43,973 bases of DNA from a virus (lineage: Duplodnaviria; Caudoviricetes). Shown one piece after another: positions 26,239 through 35,452 of this stretch. Where the stretch lies: positions 1 to 43,973 of IMG/VR virus record IMGVR_UViG_3300037424_000696; one strand, written 5' to 3'. The notes below the pieces were generated by a model. The model worked only from the letters and a program-made list of their open reading frames with translations. It was not told where the DNA came from and made no database searches. The number at the start of each line of letters is the position of its first letter. Within the stretch, counting starts at the first letter, position 1. The position numbers were made by a program, and so were the translations under genes.

Positions 26239-26631
26239 ATGAGTGCAAAAGGCATTAAACAGGGCGGGCGCAAGAAGGGGACGCTCAATAAGTCCACCAT
26301 GATTGGCAAGGACAGGCTTGAGCGCCTTGCTTCACTCATGGAAACTGTTGGGGGTGGCGTCGTGCCGAAGCGCCTCCTACAGGCGCTCCGAGCTACACTC
26401 AAGGACAAGCCTGAACAGTACCTCTCTACCTACGTAGCAGTCTTGAAGCACCTCGCCCCGCCCGCACGTGCCCCCGAGCCCGGGACAGAGGATAAACCAA
26501 TGGTCATTGAGGTGAGGCACCGTGGTGGTGACTCACAGTCACCACACGAGAGTGAGGTTGCGTCCGCGGCGGCACACCTACGTGGACACGGGTACACTAG
26601 CAGTGAAGAGGGGGACGCGGACGGAGAGTAA
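26239..26631 (+). CDS. terS: Terminase small subunit (putative)
   Basis: N-terminal GGRKKGTLNKST motif typical of small terminases; 130 aa. Confidence 0.65.
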   Translation: MSAKGIKQGGRKKGTLNKSTMIGKDRLERLASLMETVGGGVVPKRLLQALRATLKDKPEQYLSTYVAVLKHLAPPARAPEPGTEDKPMVIEVRHRGGDSQSPHESEVASAAAHLRGHGYTSSEEGDADGE

Positions 26632-26699
26632 ATGCGACCCCGACTTTGGGTCCCATGGTCGGGGCCGGAGGTCATCACCCGTACCCTCCCACCCTCAAC

Positions 26700-26735
26700 C
26701 TAGAATTTCCAGAAAATATACTATGGAAATTCTAG
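26700..26735. repeat. Perfect 12-bp AT-rich inverted repeat
   Basis: CTAGAATTTCCA-N12-TGGAAATTCTAG in the intergenic gap after terS. Confidence 0.85.
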
Positions 26736-26756
26736 AGTAACATTCACGGGGAGTGA

Positions 26757-27026
26757 ATGCCACTGTACGACTACACAGCGCCCGTCTCGGTGCCCGGAGG
26801 GACCCTCACGACCTTTCGCACGGAGTTGTCGAGCGCCGCGAGCGCCCTGCCGGCGAATGAAACGTGGCGCGGGGCCTTCGAGGCGCTGGCGGACGTAGCC
26901 CTCCCCATCGACAATCGGTATCTCGAAAGCACCTTCGCGGCCTTCATGTGGGCCGTCAACCATCGCAACACGGCTCTGCGCGCCGCCGCTCTGAACGTGC
27001 TCGCCAACGCGACCGGGATTGCCTGA
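26757..27026 (+). CDS. Hypothetical protein
   Basis: 89 aa; RBS GGGGAG. Confidence 0.6.
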   Translation: MPLYDYTAPVSVPGGTLTTFRTELSSAASALPANETWRGAFEALADVALPIDNRYLESTFAAFMWAVNHRNTALRAAALNVLANATGIA

Positions 27027-27241
27027 TGCCCTTCAAGAGCGAAAAACAGAGGCGGTATATGTGGTCCCAACACCCTGACATCGCCCGTCGCTGGGCGCGC
27101 GAATACCCCACTGACAGCAACCTCGGAAAGAAGAAGGAGGCCGAGCTACCCGACCCCCAGCTTCCCGTGTACCGGGGAGAGAACGCCAAAAGGAAGGCAC
27201 GCGCGGACGCGCTGCGGAGGCGATATGAGCGGAGCAGGTAA
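27026..27241 (+). CDS. Conserved small phage protein (MPFKSEKQRRY type)
   Basis: MPFKSEKQRRYMWSQHPDIARRWA; TGATG coupling. Confidence 0.7.
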   Translation: MPFKSEKQRRYMWSQHPDIARRWAREYPTDSNLGKKKEAELPDPQLPVYRGENAKRKARADALRRRYERSR

Positions 27242-27434
27242 CGTGGCCTACCATCACGAAGACTCAGAGGATATCGAAGATGCGGTGCGGGGCGACACCG
27301 AGGCGACTGACGAAGCCTACAGCGTCAGCGAACGCCGGGAAAGACCCCACGCCTGCGAGCACTGCGGCCGAAAGATGAAGTACGCCGACCAGCGGTGCGG
27401 CTGCACGTCCAAGATGAGCGGCGTGCGGTGGTAA
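27225..27434 (+). CDS. Small acidic / Zn-ribbon protein
   Basis: CEHC...CGC; RBS GGAGG. Confidence 0.5.
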   Translation: MSGAGNVAYHHEDSEDIEDAVRGDTEATDEAYSVSERRERPHACEHCGRKMKYADQRCGCTSKMSGVRW

Positions 27435-27449
27435 ACCCGTAGCACCCCC

Positions 27450-27878
27450 GTGGAGCAGATGATGGCGAAGCCGGACAAGGCAGGAAAGAAGGCAGAGCGC
27501 GATGGCGAGCGAGCCGCTGAGCGCGCCCAGGCCAAGGTAGACCGCGAGAACCGCCGGAAGGACGCGGCGGCTGCGAAGGCGAAGGAAAAGGAAGAGCGCA
27601 AGGCCGCGCGCGAGGCCGAGCACAAGAAGATTACCGCGACGGTGAGCTACGATGGTGCGGATGCGCTTCATCCCAGCCCCGCGAGCTTCTCCGTGATGGC
27701 GAAGAGCCCGGCGCACTCACTCAAGGGGCGCGCCCTCGACTATTACTTCGGAGAGGACGCTGAGTTCGGCGCGGACTTCGAGCTTCACGAGTCGAGCGGG
27801 GAGTTGGTCCCCAAAAAGACGCCGGTGAGCGAGTATGGCGACCCGGTGGCTTCGTTCGTCTTGGTGCGGGTGGCCTAA
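27450..27878 (+). CDS. Hypothetical protein (charged N-terminal helix)
   Basis: 142 aa; start may be ATG 27459/27462 after GGAG. Confidence 0.6.
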   Translation: MEQMMAKPDKAGKKAERDGERAAERAQAKVDRENRRKDAAAAKAKEKEERKAAREAEHKKITATVSYDGADALHPSPASFSVMAKSPAHSLKGRALDYYFGEDAEFGADFELHESSGELVPKKTPVSEYGDPVASFVLVRVA

Positions 27879-28069
27879 TGAAACACCCGGTCGTCAAAGC
27901 TGACCTCTGGCTCCTACTCCACTACAAAATGTGGCGCTGGCGGCAAGAGGTGAAGGCTTGGTCGAAACGCGTCATCGAGCGGCCCGAGGTGCTACGAAGC
28001 CTTGAGGCCCTCCCACTGCGTCCACCGCATGAGCCCCGGCGACCCCACAGAGGTAATCGGACGGTCTAA
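27878..28069 (+). CDS. Hypothetical protein
   Basis: 63 aa; coupled on both sides. Confidence 0.5.
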   Translation: MKHPVVKADLWLLLHYKMWRWRQEVKAWSKRVIERPEVLRSLEALPLRPPHEPRRPHRGNRTV

Positions 28070-28459
28070 ATGGCGACATGGACGCGAACAGACCAGCGCT
28101 CGACCACGAGCGTGCAGGCGACCACGGAAAGTGCGCCCACCGGCGAGGATGGCGTCAACCTCGACTCGGTGGGCGGCTTCCACATAGGAGTGTCGGCCGA
28201 CGCCGGGCAGACCTTCACGGGGGCGGTGACGGATGCCTTCAAGGCGTACGTACGCATCGGGAGTGATTGGTATCGGGCGCCGGACCTCGACTTCGACGTG
28301 CCTGCCGGAGCGATTGGGCTCCAGCGTTTCGCGGTGCCGGGCTGGGTCGTAGCGCACCCGTACAACCGGCTGGCGCATGTCGCGAGCGGGGTGTTGGTGA
28401 GCCTCGGTGGCCTCACGGTGAAGTACGAAATCACGGAGTTCAGCGGGAGGAAGCTGTAA
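28070..28459 (+). CDS. Putative small virion structural protein (beta-rich)
   Basis: 129 aa, T/G/V-rich; precedes the fibre-like genes; RBS GAGG. Confidence 0.55.
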   Translation: MATWTRTDQRSTTSVQATTESAPTGEDGVNLDSVGGFHIGVSADAGQTFTGAVTDAFKAYVRIGSDWYRAPDLDFDVPAGAIGLQRFAVPGWVVAHPYNRLAHVASGVLVSLGGLTVKYEITEFSGRKL

Positions 28460-28462
28460 GGC

Positions 28463-29070
28463 GTGGCCTTCATAAACTCACAATCGGGGGAGAGCACCTC
28501 CAGCAACCAAGTTGCCAGCGGTAGCTTCGTCGCCACCGCTGGCAACCTGATTGCTGTAATGGCCGGTACGTACAATGCCGCTGCCGTGGTGAGCGGCATC
28601 ACCGACACTGCGGGTAACACGTACGTCAAGGCGCACGAGAAGAAGACCCAGGCGTCCCTGGAGTTGTGGTACGCGAAGAACATCGCCGGGCACGCTACGA
28701 ATGTCGTGACGGTAACCTTCACGGGCAGCCAGAGCAGCGCGCGCGTCATCGTCCACCAATACGACAACCGGCACACGACACTGCCTTTGGGCCCGGTGGC
28801 GGATGCTACGGTGGCCTCGGGGACCACCATTACCTCGGGGAGCTTCGCCCCAGCGGCGGCCGGCGACGACGTGATAGCTGGTGTGCATACCGTGGGCGGC
28901 CAGGGCACGTTCACCGCGGGTACGAACTACACGCTGCGGGCGTCTGCGGGCTCTCCGATGCGTTCGGAAGACCGGGAGAACGCCCCGAGCGGCGCACAGA
29001 CGGCGGGCATGACGTGGGCAACCAGCGCTGCCGCCGACATGATAGTGGGTGCGCTCGCGCCGTCAGGCAA
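28463..29070 (+). repeat. Duplicated ~200-codon segment, copy 1 (copy 2 at 30879..31480)
   Basis: Long identical nucleotide runs, e.g. accgacactgcgggtaacacgtacgtcaaggc and tccctggagttgtggtacgcgaagaa, in both copies. Confidence 0.9.
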
Positions 29071-30448
29071 CACCACGCCGACCCTCCGCAATGCTGGAAC
29101 ACCGAGCACCGGCACAGCGGCGACCCTAGCACCGGCGCACCCGACGCACTTGACGGACGACATTCTCGTCGTGTTCGCGGCGTCGAGCGCGAATGCCAGC
29201 GTCACCCCGACGCACTCCATCAGCGACGGGACGTGGGCGCTCCTGACGAGCGGCGTCATCACGACCGGCACGGTGCGCTCGCGCATCAGCGCTTACTGGA
29301 AGCGGGCTACTAGCGGCGCGGAGACAGCGCTCACCGTCACCTTTACGCCCACGGGCGCGACCGCGTGCCATCACGCCGCCTGGAGCAACTCGTATCAGGA
29401 CTGCGCCACCAGCGGCACGCCTTTTGAGGGGGCGAATAATAACGGGGCAGCCGCAACGAACGCCATTGCGGTCACTCGCGGTGCGACCGCTGCGCGGCGC
29501 CTGTCGGTCATCGCGGCGCACCACGCGGACAACGTCGCCACCGGGGTAACGGAAGACCACGCGGATGCCTACACGCAGCGTGTTGCGACGGACAGCCCTA
29601 CGGGCATCGACGGTTTCTCGTACTGCGCGGACTTTGGTCCGGTAGACGATGATGAGAGCGTCACCATCACATTCACGAGCGGTGGCACCGGTGTCGGCAT
29701 CGCGGGCTTGGCGTTTGCACTGCTAGGAATCACCGTTCTGGAGCTTGAGGGCTCTCCGCAGACGGTATTCACCCTGAGCGGTGCCCCTACGGCCGAGGCG
29801 GGCGCGCTCGCCATCAGCGGTTCGCCTCAGATGACGTTCAGTCTAACCGGGGAAATGGTCGTCACGAAGTTCCTCGGGGATACGGTGGTGGTCACCTGGG
29901 CTCCAAGCGGCGCCCTTGAGCAGGACGTGGCCCTCGTGGGCACGGCTGTGGTGGCCTTCGCCCCCAGCGGCGTGCCGGAGACTGAGGCCCCGATAGCCGG
30001 CACGACCACGGTGGCCTTCGCGCCGAGCGGTGCGCTTGAGCAGGACGTGGCTCTCACGGGCACGGCTGTGGTCGCCTTCGCGCCGAGCGGCACCCTCAGC
30101 ATCGAGGGTGGGGCTGAGGAAATCAGTGGGTCGCCCACGGTGACCTTCGGGCCGGCAGCGGAACTTGAGGTCATCAAGTTCCTCGACGGCAGTGTCGCAG
30201 TGACGTGGACGCCGACCGGCGGCCTCGTGCAGGACCTATTTATTCTGGGCACTCCGGCGGTGGCCTTCGCACCGAGCGGCAGTCTCATGCAGGACCAATT
30301 TCTTGCCGGCACGGCGAACGTGGTGTTCACCTTGTCCGGTCATCCTCAGCTTCCGGCCGCGCCGTCTTCGCCTCGGCGCACCCGGTTCGGATGGGCCGAA
30401 CCACGGTGGAAGCGCGAATCTGGGCGAAGCGCCTACCGGCGCAGGTAA
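28463..30448 (+). CDS. Fibre-like structural protein: two beta-sandwich domains, ~10 x 20-aa repeats, basic C-terminus
   Basis: T/A/G/S-rich; SGITDTAGNTY motif; repeats of the form L.G...V.F.PSG.L; GTG start with RBS GGAGG. Confidence 0.7.
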   Translation: MAFINSQSGESTSSNQVASGSFVATAGNLIAVMAGTYNAAAVVSGITDTAGNTYVKAHEKKTQASLELWYAKNIAGHATNVVTVTFTGSQSSARVIVHQYDNRHTTLPLGPVADATVASGTTITSGSFAPAAAGDDVIAGVHTVGGQGTFTAGTNYTLRASAGSPMRSEDRENAPSGAQTAGMTWATSAAADMIVGALAPSGNTTPTLRNAGTPSTGTAATLAPAHPTHLTDDILVVFAASSANASVTPTHSISDGTWALLTSGVITTGTVRSRISAYWKRATSGAETALTVTFTPTGATACHHAAWSNSYQDCATSGTPFEGANNNGAAATNAIAVTRGATAARRLSVIAAHHADNVATGVTEDHADAYTQRVATDSPTGIDGFSYCADFGPVDDDESVTITFTSGGTGVGIAGLAFALLGITVLELEGSPQTVFTLSGAPTAEAGALAISGSPQMTFSLTGEMVVTKFLGDTVVVTWAPSGALEQDVALVGTAVVAFAPSGVPETEAPIAGTTTVAFAPSGALEQDVALTGTAVVAFAPSGTLSIEGGAEEISGSPTVTFGPAAELEVIKFLDGSVAVTWTPTGGLVQDLFILGTPAVAFAPSGSLMQDQFLAGTANVVFTLSGHPQLPAAPSSPRRTRFGWAEPRWKRESGRSAYRRR

Positions 30449-30471
30449 CTCGACTCAACTAGGAGTAGAAA

Positions 30472-30873
30472 ATGGCTGGAGCAACAAACTTCTTGGAAGG
30501 GCAGCTTCTCAACAGCCTGTTTCGCACGGCGGCTGCGTACAAGCCGGCGGCGATTTACATCGGGCTGTTCACGGCGAACCCGACCGATGCGGGCGGCGGC
30601 ACCGAGGTCTCGACGGGCAACTACGCGCGCGTTGCCGTAACGCAGGCGGACGCGCAGTGGAATGCGCCGGCCGGTACGCCTCGGAGCATCAGCAACGTCA
30701 ACGCTATCGAGTGGGCCGCGGTGACATGGTCGGGCACGGTGACGGGCTGGGGCATCTTCGATGCCGCGACCGTCGGCAACCTGCTCATGTGGTTCGACTC
30801 GGCGGATGTCGTGGTGGCCTCGGGTAACACCGTGCGCTTCTCCGCGGGAGCCCTCGTCGTCGGCGCGGACTAA
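30472..30873 (+). CDS. Small fibre/minor-tail subunit (TN.LE..LLN...F...P.DAG.GTEVS...YARVAV family)
   Basis: 133 aa; widespread phage structural motif GWGIFDAATVGNLL...VASGNTVRFSAGAL; RBS AGGAG. Confidence 0.75.
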   Translation: MAGATNFLEGQLLNSLFRTAAAYKPAAIYIGLFTANPTDAGGGTEVSTGNYARVAVTQADAQWNAPAGTPRSISNVNAIEWAAVTWSGTVTGWGIFDAATVGNLLMWFDSADVVVASGNTVRFSAGALVVGAD

Positions 30874-30878
30874 CGTAG

Positions 30879-31480
30879 ATGGCGTTCGTCAACTCGCAGA
30901 CCGGGGAAACCATTTCCAGCAATCAGGTTGCTTGCGGCAGCTTCAACGCTACCGCAGGCAACTTGATTGCCGTGCTGGTCGGAACCTACGACGTTTCCAA
31001 GACCGTGACCAGCGTCACCGACACTGCGGGTAACACGTACGTCAAGGCACACGAAAAGAAGTTCCAGGGGTCCCTGGAGTTGTGGTACGCGAAGAATATC
31101 ACCGGGCACGCCAGCAACATCGTGACAGCGACGCTAGACTCGGCCCCTAGCAGTGCGCGCATGATTGTCCATCAGTATAGCGGCCGACACACGACCGCCC
31201 CTCTCGGAGTGACGGCAGACGCCACGGTGGCTTCCGGCACCTCCATCACGTCCAGTAGCTTCTCGCCTGCGGCGAGCGGGGACGACGTGGTGGTCGGCGT
31301 GCATACCGTGGGCGGGCAAGGCACGTTCACCGCCGGCACCAACTACACGCTGCGCGCTCTCGCCGGCTCCCCGATGCAGTCGGAAGACCGGGTGAACGCC
31401 CCTAGCGGCGCGCAGACAGCGGGCATGACGTGGGGAAACAGTGCCGCTGCCGATATGGTGGTGACCACCTTCAAGGTGGC
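30879..31480 (+). repeat. Duplicated segment, copy 2
   Basis: Collinear with 28463..29070 at nucleotide and protein level. Confidence 0.9.
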
Positions 31481-33794
31481 TGACTCCATCATCCCTATCA
31501 GCGGCTCCCCTTCGGCTACGTTCAACCCGCAGGGGGCACCTTCTTTCTTGCAAGCCATCACCGGCTCTCCGCAAGTTCAATTCACTCCGTTCGGACCTCT
31601 GTCCCTGCTTCAAGCCCTCTCAGGCTCGCCCAGCATTGATTTTTCACCGTCGGGGCAGTTCGGAGACTCGATTCCCCTCGCCGGCGGACAGACAGACATC
31701 AAATTTACGTGCAGCGGCAATCCGCTTCTCGGCACGACACAGCCCGACTACATTTGGGGAGTTCTGGGGTCCAATATGCGAAGGTGGTGGGGACTCATTT
31801 CGTTGGGCATCAGGCAGCTTAACCGGCCGGTGCCGAAGACAGGTGTGGCTACGCTTCGCCTGTCGCCTAGCGGCAGCTTGACTGTCATCCACCCGTTCCA
31901 AGAGCAGAGCGGAAACGTAGAGGTTCGTCTCAGCCTGACCGGAGCGCCCTCCATCGCGTCTGTCCAGCAAATTGCCGGGGCGCCGGGCATCTTCATTAGC
32001 TCCAGCGCTAGCCTGAGTGTGACAGGCGCGGGCGGTGGCCTGACCATCGGAGACTACGACCTCTTCTCGGACACCCTCAACCGCTATCCCCCTCCGGCCC
32101 TGTCCCTGCCCTCGTACAACATCGGAGCCCCGCTCAACACGTCCGTCATCGACCCGGTCTTCGGCACGCGCCTGATTCGCGTCTCGGGAACGTCGGGTCA
32201 GGCTGTCGGGAGCACCGGCGCTACGTGGCGCGACCAATGCGGCCCCGACTACCCCAAGACGGCGGCCTGGAACGCCGATAGCTCGCGCCTTTTCATGTTC
32301 CGCGGCGTGCTAATCGGGTCTTCCTCGTCCTTCCTCTACATGGACGGCAGCACCTACGTGCCTCTGTACGCGCGCCCGTGGGTGAAGGGGCAGTACCGCT
32401 GGCACCCCACGGACTCCCGCTACATGATTTGGATTCACTACGACGGCACCGTGGGCCGCTTCGACCCTGACAATAACATCCACACGACCCTTTTCAACCC
32501 GGGCGCCGGGTATAGCAACTGCACCTTCTTCGGGGAGGGCAACCCGTCCAACGACGGAAACATCGTGTGCGTGTGCGGCACCAAGAACGGCATCCCGGTG
32601 GTCTTCGCGGTGAACATCCAAACCGGAGTGCGCTTCCCAGACATTTTCCCCACGCAGTCCCCGTACAACTTCTCGGGCCTCGATTGGGGCACGATGTCGC
32701 CGCACGGTGACTACATCATCATCAGCCAGGGCTCCTCGCTCCAGCGCCTCCTCACCCTCAACGGGTCTATCGTCGGGTCGTGGACAGGCATGGGCCACTT
32801 CGATTTCGGGTGGACGACGGGCCTCGACCAAGCCGCGATTTGCTGGGGGCAGGCTGAGTACGTGCGAATTCCCGACCTCGTGCGCGCCGGCTTGCCGTGG
32901 CCCGGAACCAATCAGTACCACACGAGCGCCCGCAACAATCAGGAGAAGGGTTGGTGCTACGGCTTCCCTGACGACATGACCGGCGTGTACGACGGCGAGC
33001 TTGTGGCCGGCGAGATAGCTTCTGGCAGCGGGCGGGTGCGGCGCATCTGCCACCACCGGGGCTTCGTGCCCGGGAGTGGCGTGATGGCGTACGACCACCT
33101 TCCGATGGCTGTCCCGTCTCCCGAAGGGCTGCGGGTGTTTTTCAGCACTGATTGGGGAAATGCCTCTGGGCCGGTGTACGCCTTCGTGGTGGACGTGCGC
33201 GAGGTCCCGCTCCTCGAAGGTATCGTGCAATTCGGGTTCCAGTCTGACCGAGGCCCCTCGACCATTATCGACCTCGGGGGCGGCTGGTACCGCACCAACA
33301 CGGAGACGTTCCGCGCCTACATCGCCAACTGGAATCTAAAGGGCCTGCTAAAGTTCATTTGGAACGGGCTCACCCCGATTAACTCCGGCCTTGGGACCGA
33401 AGACGTGACGATTCGCATCGGCCCCAACGATATGAACAACCTCGACATCGGGCTCTGGTTCACGGGCTTCAACGGGAGCCCGAACCCGTACATCGTCATT
33501 CAGCAAAAGTACAATCCTGAGGACTACGGCAACTCGTGGTGGCAGCCGCCTGCGGACGGCATCTGGAACAAGGGCTACACCTTCATCGGTAGCTCGGCCC
33601 TCGGAGCCATTCAGCAGGGCCAGCAGTATAAATTCAGCTACCTCATCACGGGCAATCAACTCGTCGTCAAGCTCAACGGTGCCCAGGTGTGGTCGGGAAC
33701 CATCCCTCAGACCTCGGTGGACTTCCTCATGGGCCCGTCCCTCAACGTGAGAACGGATAATGCCAAGGTCGATTTCCAGTTGAGCCTCGGATAA
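30879..33794 (+). CDS. Large receptor-binding/fibre protein: paralogous N-domain, 20-aa repeats, beta-propeller, C-terminal lectin-like domain
   Basis: 971 aa; N-terminal 200 aa paralogous to the 28463 gene; ISGSP...F.P.G repeats; DPVFGTRLIRVS...AWNADSSRL and SPHGDY/SPEGLRVFFSTDW propeller-type motifs. Confidence 0.7.
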   Translation: MAFVNSQTGETISSNQVACGSFNATAGNLIAVLVGTYDVSKTVTSVTDTAGNTYVKAHEKKFQGSLELWYAKNITGHASNIVTATLDSAPSSARMIVHQYSGRHTTAPLGVTADATVASGTSITSSSFSPAASGDDVVVGVHTVGGQGTFTAGTNYTLRALAGSPMQSEDRVNAPSGAQTAGMTWGNSAAADMVVTTFKVADSIIPISGSPSATFNPQGAPSFLQAITGSPQVQFTPFGPLSLLQALSGSPSIDFSPSGQFGDSIPLAGGQTDIKFTCSGNPLLGTTQPDYIWGVLGSNMRRWWGLISLGIRQLNRPVPKTGVATLRLSPSGSLTVIHPFQEQSGNVEVRLSLTGAPSIASVQQIAGAPGIFISSSASLSVTGAGGGLTIGDYDLFSDTLNRYPPPALSLPSYNIGAPLNTSVIDPVFGTRLIRVSGTSGQAVGSTGATWRDQCGPDYPKTAAWNADSSRLFMFRGVLIGSSSSFLYMDGSTYVPLYARPWVKGQYRWHPTDSRYMIWIHYDGTVGRFDPDNNIHTTLFNPGAGYSNCTFFGEGNPSNDGNIVCVCGTKNGIPVVFAVNIQTGVRFPDIFPTQSPYNFSGLDWGTMSPHGDYIIISQGSSLQRLLTLNGSIVGSWTGMGHFDFGWTTGLDQAAICWGQAEYVRIPDLVRAGLPWPGTNQYHTSARNNQEKGWCYGFPDDMTGVYDGELVAGEIASGSGRVRRICHHRGFVPGSGVMAYDHLPMAVPSPEGLRVFFSTDWGNASGPVYAFVVDVREVPLLEGIVQFGFQSDRGPSTIIDLGGGWYRTNTETFRAYIANWNLKGLLKFIWNGLTPINSGLGTEDVTIRIGPNDMNNLDIGLWFTGFNGSPNPYIVIQQKYNPEDYGNSWWQPPADGIWNKGYTFIGSSALGAIQQGQQYKFSYLITGNQLVVKLNGAQVWSGTIPQTSVDFLMGPSLNVRTDNAKVDFQLSLG

Positions 33795-33798
33795 TGCC

Positions 33799-33984
33799 AT
33801 GAGCCGAATGACTGTCAAGCTCCTAGAAGCGATGGTGAAAGACCTCCAGACTCGGGTCGGGCGCCTGGAGCATGTGCGCAAGCGGCGCCTCGGCTTCGAG
33901 TACGAAGGCAACGTGGGCGGCGACGTGGTGCAGTCCACTTATTACGAGGCGGGTGGGCCGGGGGAGGACAAGGCGCGTGAGTAA
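33799..33984 (+). CDS. Hypothetical protein (coiled-coil N-terminus)
   Basis: 61 aa; fills the gap and carries the terL RBS. Confidence 0.5.
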   Translation: MSRMTVKLLEAMVKDLQTRVGRLEHVRKRRLGFEYEGNVGGDVVQSTYYEAGGPGEDKARE

Positions 33985-35452
33985 GTTTCCGTACAAGGTG
34001 GTGGCAGCTAAGGGTCGACCTGACCCGTTCGCTGCGCGTGATTATCAGGCGGAATTCCTGATGCACATGCAAAGTCACTCCAAGTCCAAGCCTTTCCGCG
34101 GCCTCGCGGTGTGGCCTCGCCGCTCCGGCAAGGACTTGACCGCACTCCACGGGACCCTCGTCATGGCTCACGAGGAACTTGGAATGTACTGGCACTGCCT
34201 CCCCGTGTACGAGCAGGCGCGCAAGGCGTGCTGGGAAGCCTTCGTCAATACCACCGGCCAGCGCCTCATGGATAACGTCTTCCCGCGGGAGATTCGGAGA
34301 AAGCCCGATGAGTTTTCGCCGCGTGCTGAAATGGTCGTTGAGCTTCGGAACGGCAGCATTGTGCGCTTCGTCGGCTCTGACTCTATTGACCGGCTTGTGG
34401 GCTCGGGGCCTCGTGGCATCACTTTTTCAGAGTTCTCCCTCGCCAAGCCCTCCTGCTGGCCCCTCGTCCGCCCGATTCTCCGAGAGAACCAGGGCTGGGC
34501 GACCTTCCTCTTCACACCCCGCGGGCACAATCACGCCTACAAGCTCTTCAACAAGGCGCGCTCGCGGCCGGGCGTGTGGTTCACGAGCTACCACGACCTC
34601 TTCACCCTCGGGATATTCTCCAGGGAGGAAGTCGAAGCCATCCTAGCGGAGGAGCGGGCAGACGGAATGCCCGAGGAGCTTGTGCGGCAGGAGTACCTCT
34701 GCGACTTCTCCGCTGCAAACGTGGGTAGCTACTACGGTGACCTTATCGAGCGCCTGGAGTTGCGGGGCGCCATGGAGCCTTTCGAGCATGAGCACGACGG
34801 CATCTTCACTTTTTGGGACCTGGGCATCAGCGATTCGTTCGCTATTTGGGCGGCTCGTATCCATGACCGGGGCGTGGACATCATCAATCACTACGAAGCC
34901 AGCAGTAAGCCTCTGTCGCATTACTTCAACAAGCTCGAAGAGTGGGAGGACCGGCTCAAATACAAATACGTCGCCCACTACCTGCCCCACGATGCTCGTG
35001 CTCGAAGCCTCCAGACGGGGATTTCGACCGTAGAGCAAACCGTCACGTGGGCCAAGCGCCGCTGGGGCGACGATAAGGGCCTGGGGATGGTGAAGATAAC
35101 TCCCGAGGTGAGCATTCAGGACGGCATCGAGGCCGCGCGTTGGGTCCTACAGCAGGACCACACGCGCATCCACCCCAACTGCAACACGTACGAAGGAATA
35201 GAGGCGCTTCGCAGCTACCACCGGACCTGGGACGAGGACACCCGAGCTTTCGGCAAGCACCCGGAGCACGATTGGTCGTCTCACTCGGCTGATGCTTTTC
35301 GCTACCTCGCGGTCTCGCTGCGCGCGGCGGGCTACATTCGCCCTAAGAAAAAGAGCATCATCAGCGTTCCGCGGGTTCCGCGCGTGGCAGTTACCATGGA
35401 CGAGCTTCTCCGGCTTCACGACCTCAACCGGCCAAGGAAGTACCGCGTATGA
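33977..35452 (+). CDS. terL: Terminase large subunit
   Basis: RDYQ, WPRRSGKD (Walker A), GITFSE (Walker B), FTPRGHN, QEYLCDF, WDLGISD, LPHDA, HDWSSHSADAFRY; GTG start with GGAGG. Confidence 0.95.
   Translation: MSKFPYKVVAAKGRPDPFAARDYQAEFLMHMQSHSKSKPFRGLAVWPRRSGKDLTALHGTLVMAHEELGMYWHCLPVYEQARKACWEAFVNTTGQRLMDNVFPREIRRKPDEFSPRAEMVVELRNGSIVRFVGSDSIDRLVGSGPRGITFSEFSLAKPSCWPLVRPILRENQGWATFLFTPRGHNHAYKLFNKARSRPGVWFTSYHDLFTLGIFSREEVEAILAEERADGMPEELVRQEYLCDFSAANVGSYYGDLIERLELRGAMEPFEHEHDGIFTFWDLGISDSFAIWAARIHDRGVDIINHYEASSKPLSHYFNKLEEWEDRLKYKYVAHYLPHDARARSLQTGISTVEQTVTWAKRRWGDDKGLGMVKITPEVSIQDGIEAARWVLQQDHTRIHPNCNTYEGIEALRSYHRTWDEDTRAFGKHPEHDWSSHSADAFRYLAVSLRAAGYIRPKKKSIISVPRVPRVAVTMDELLRLHDLNRPRKYRV

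Noticed and set aside
28463-31480. Duplicated segment as a DGR template/variable repeat pair
   Set aside because: No reverse transcriptase, both copies are coding N-termini, and the differences are not adenine-specific.
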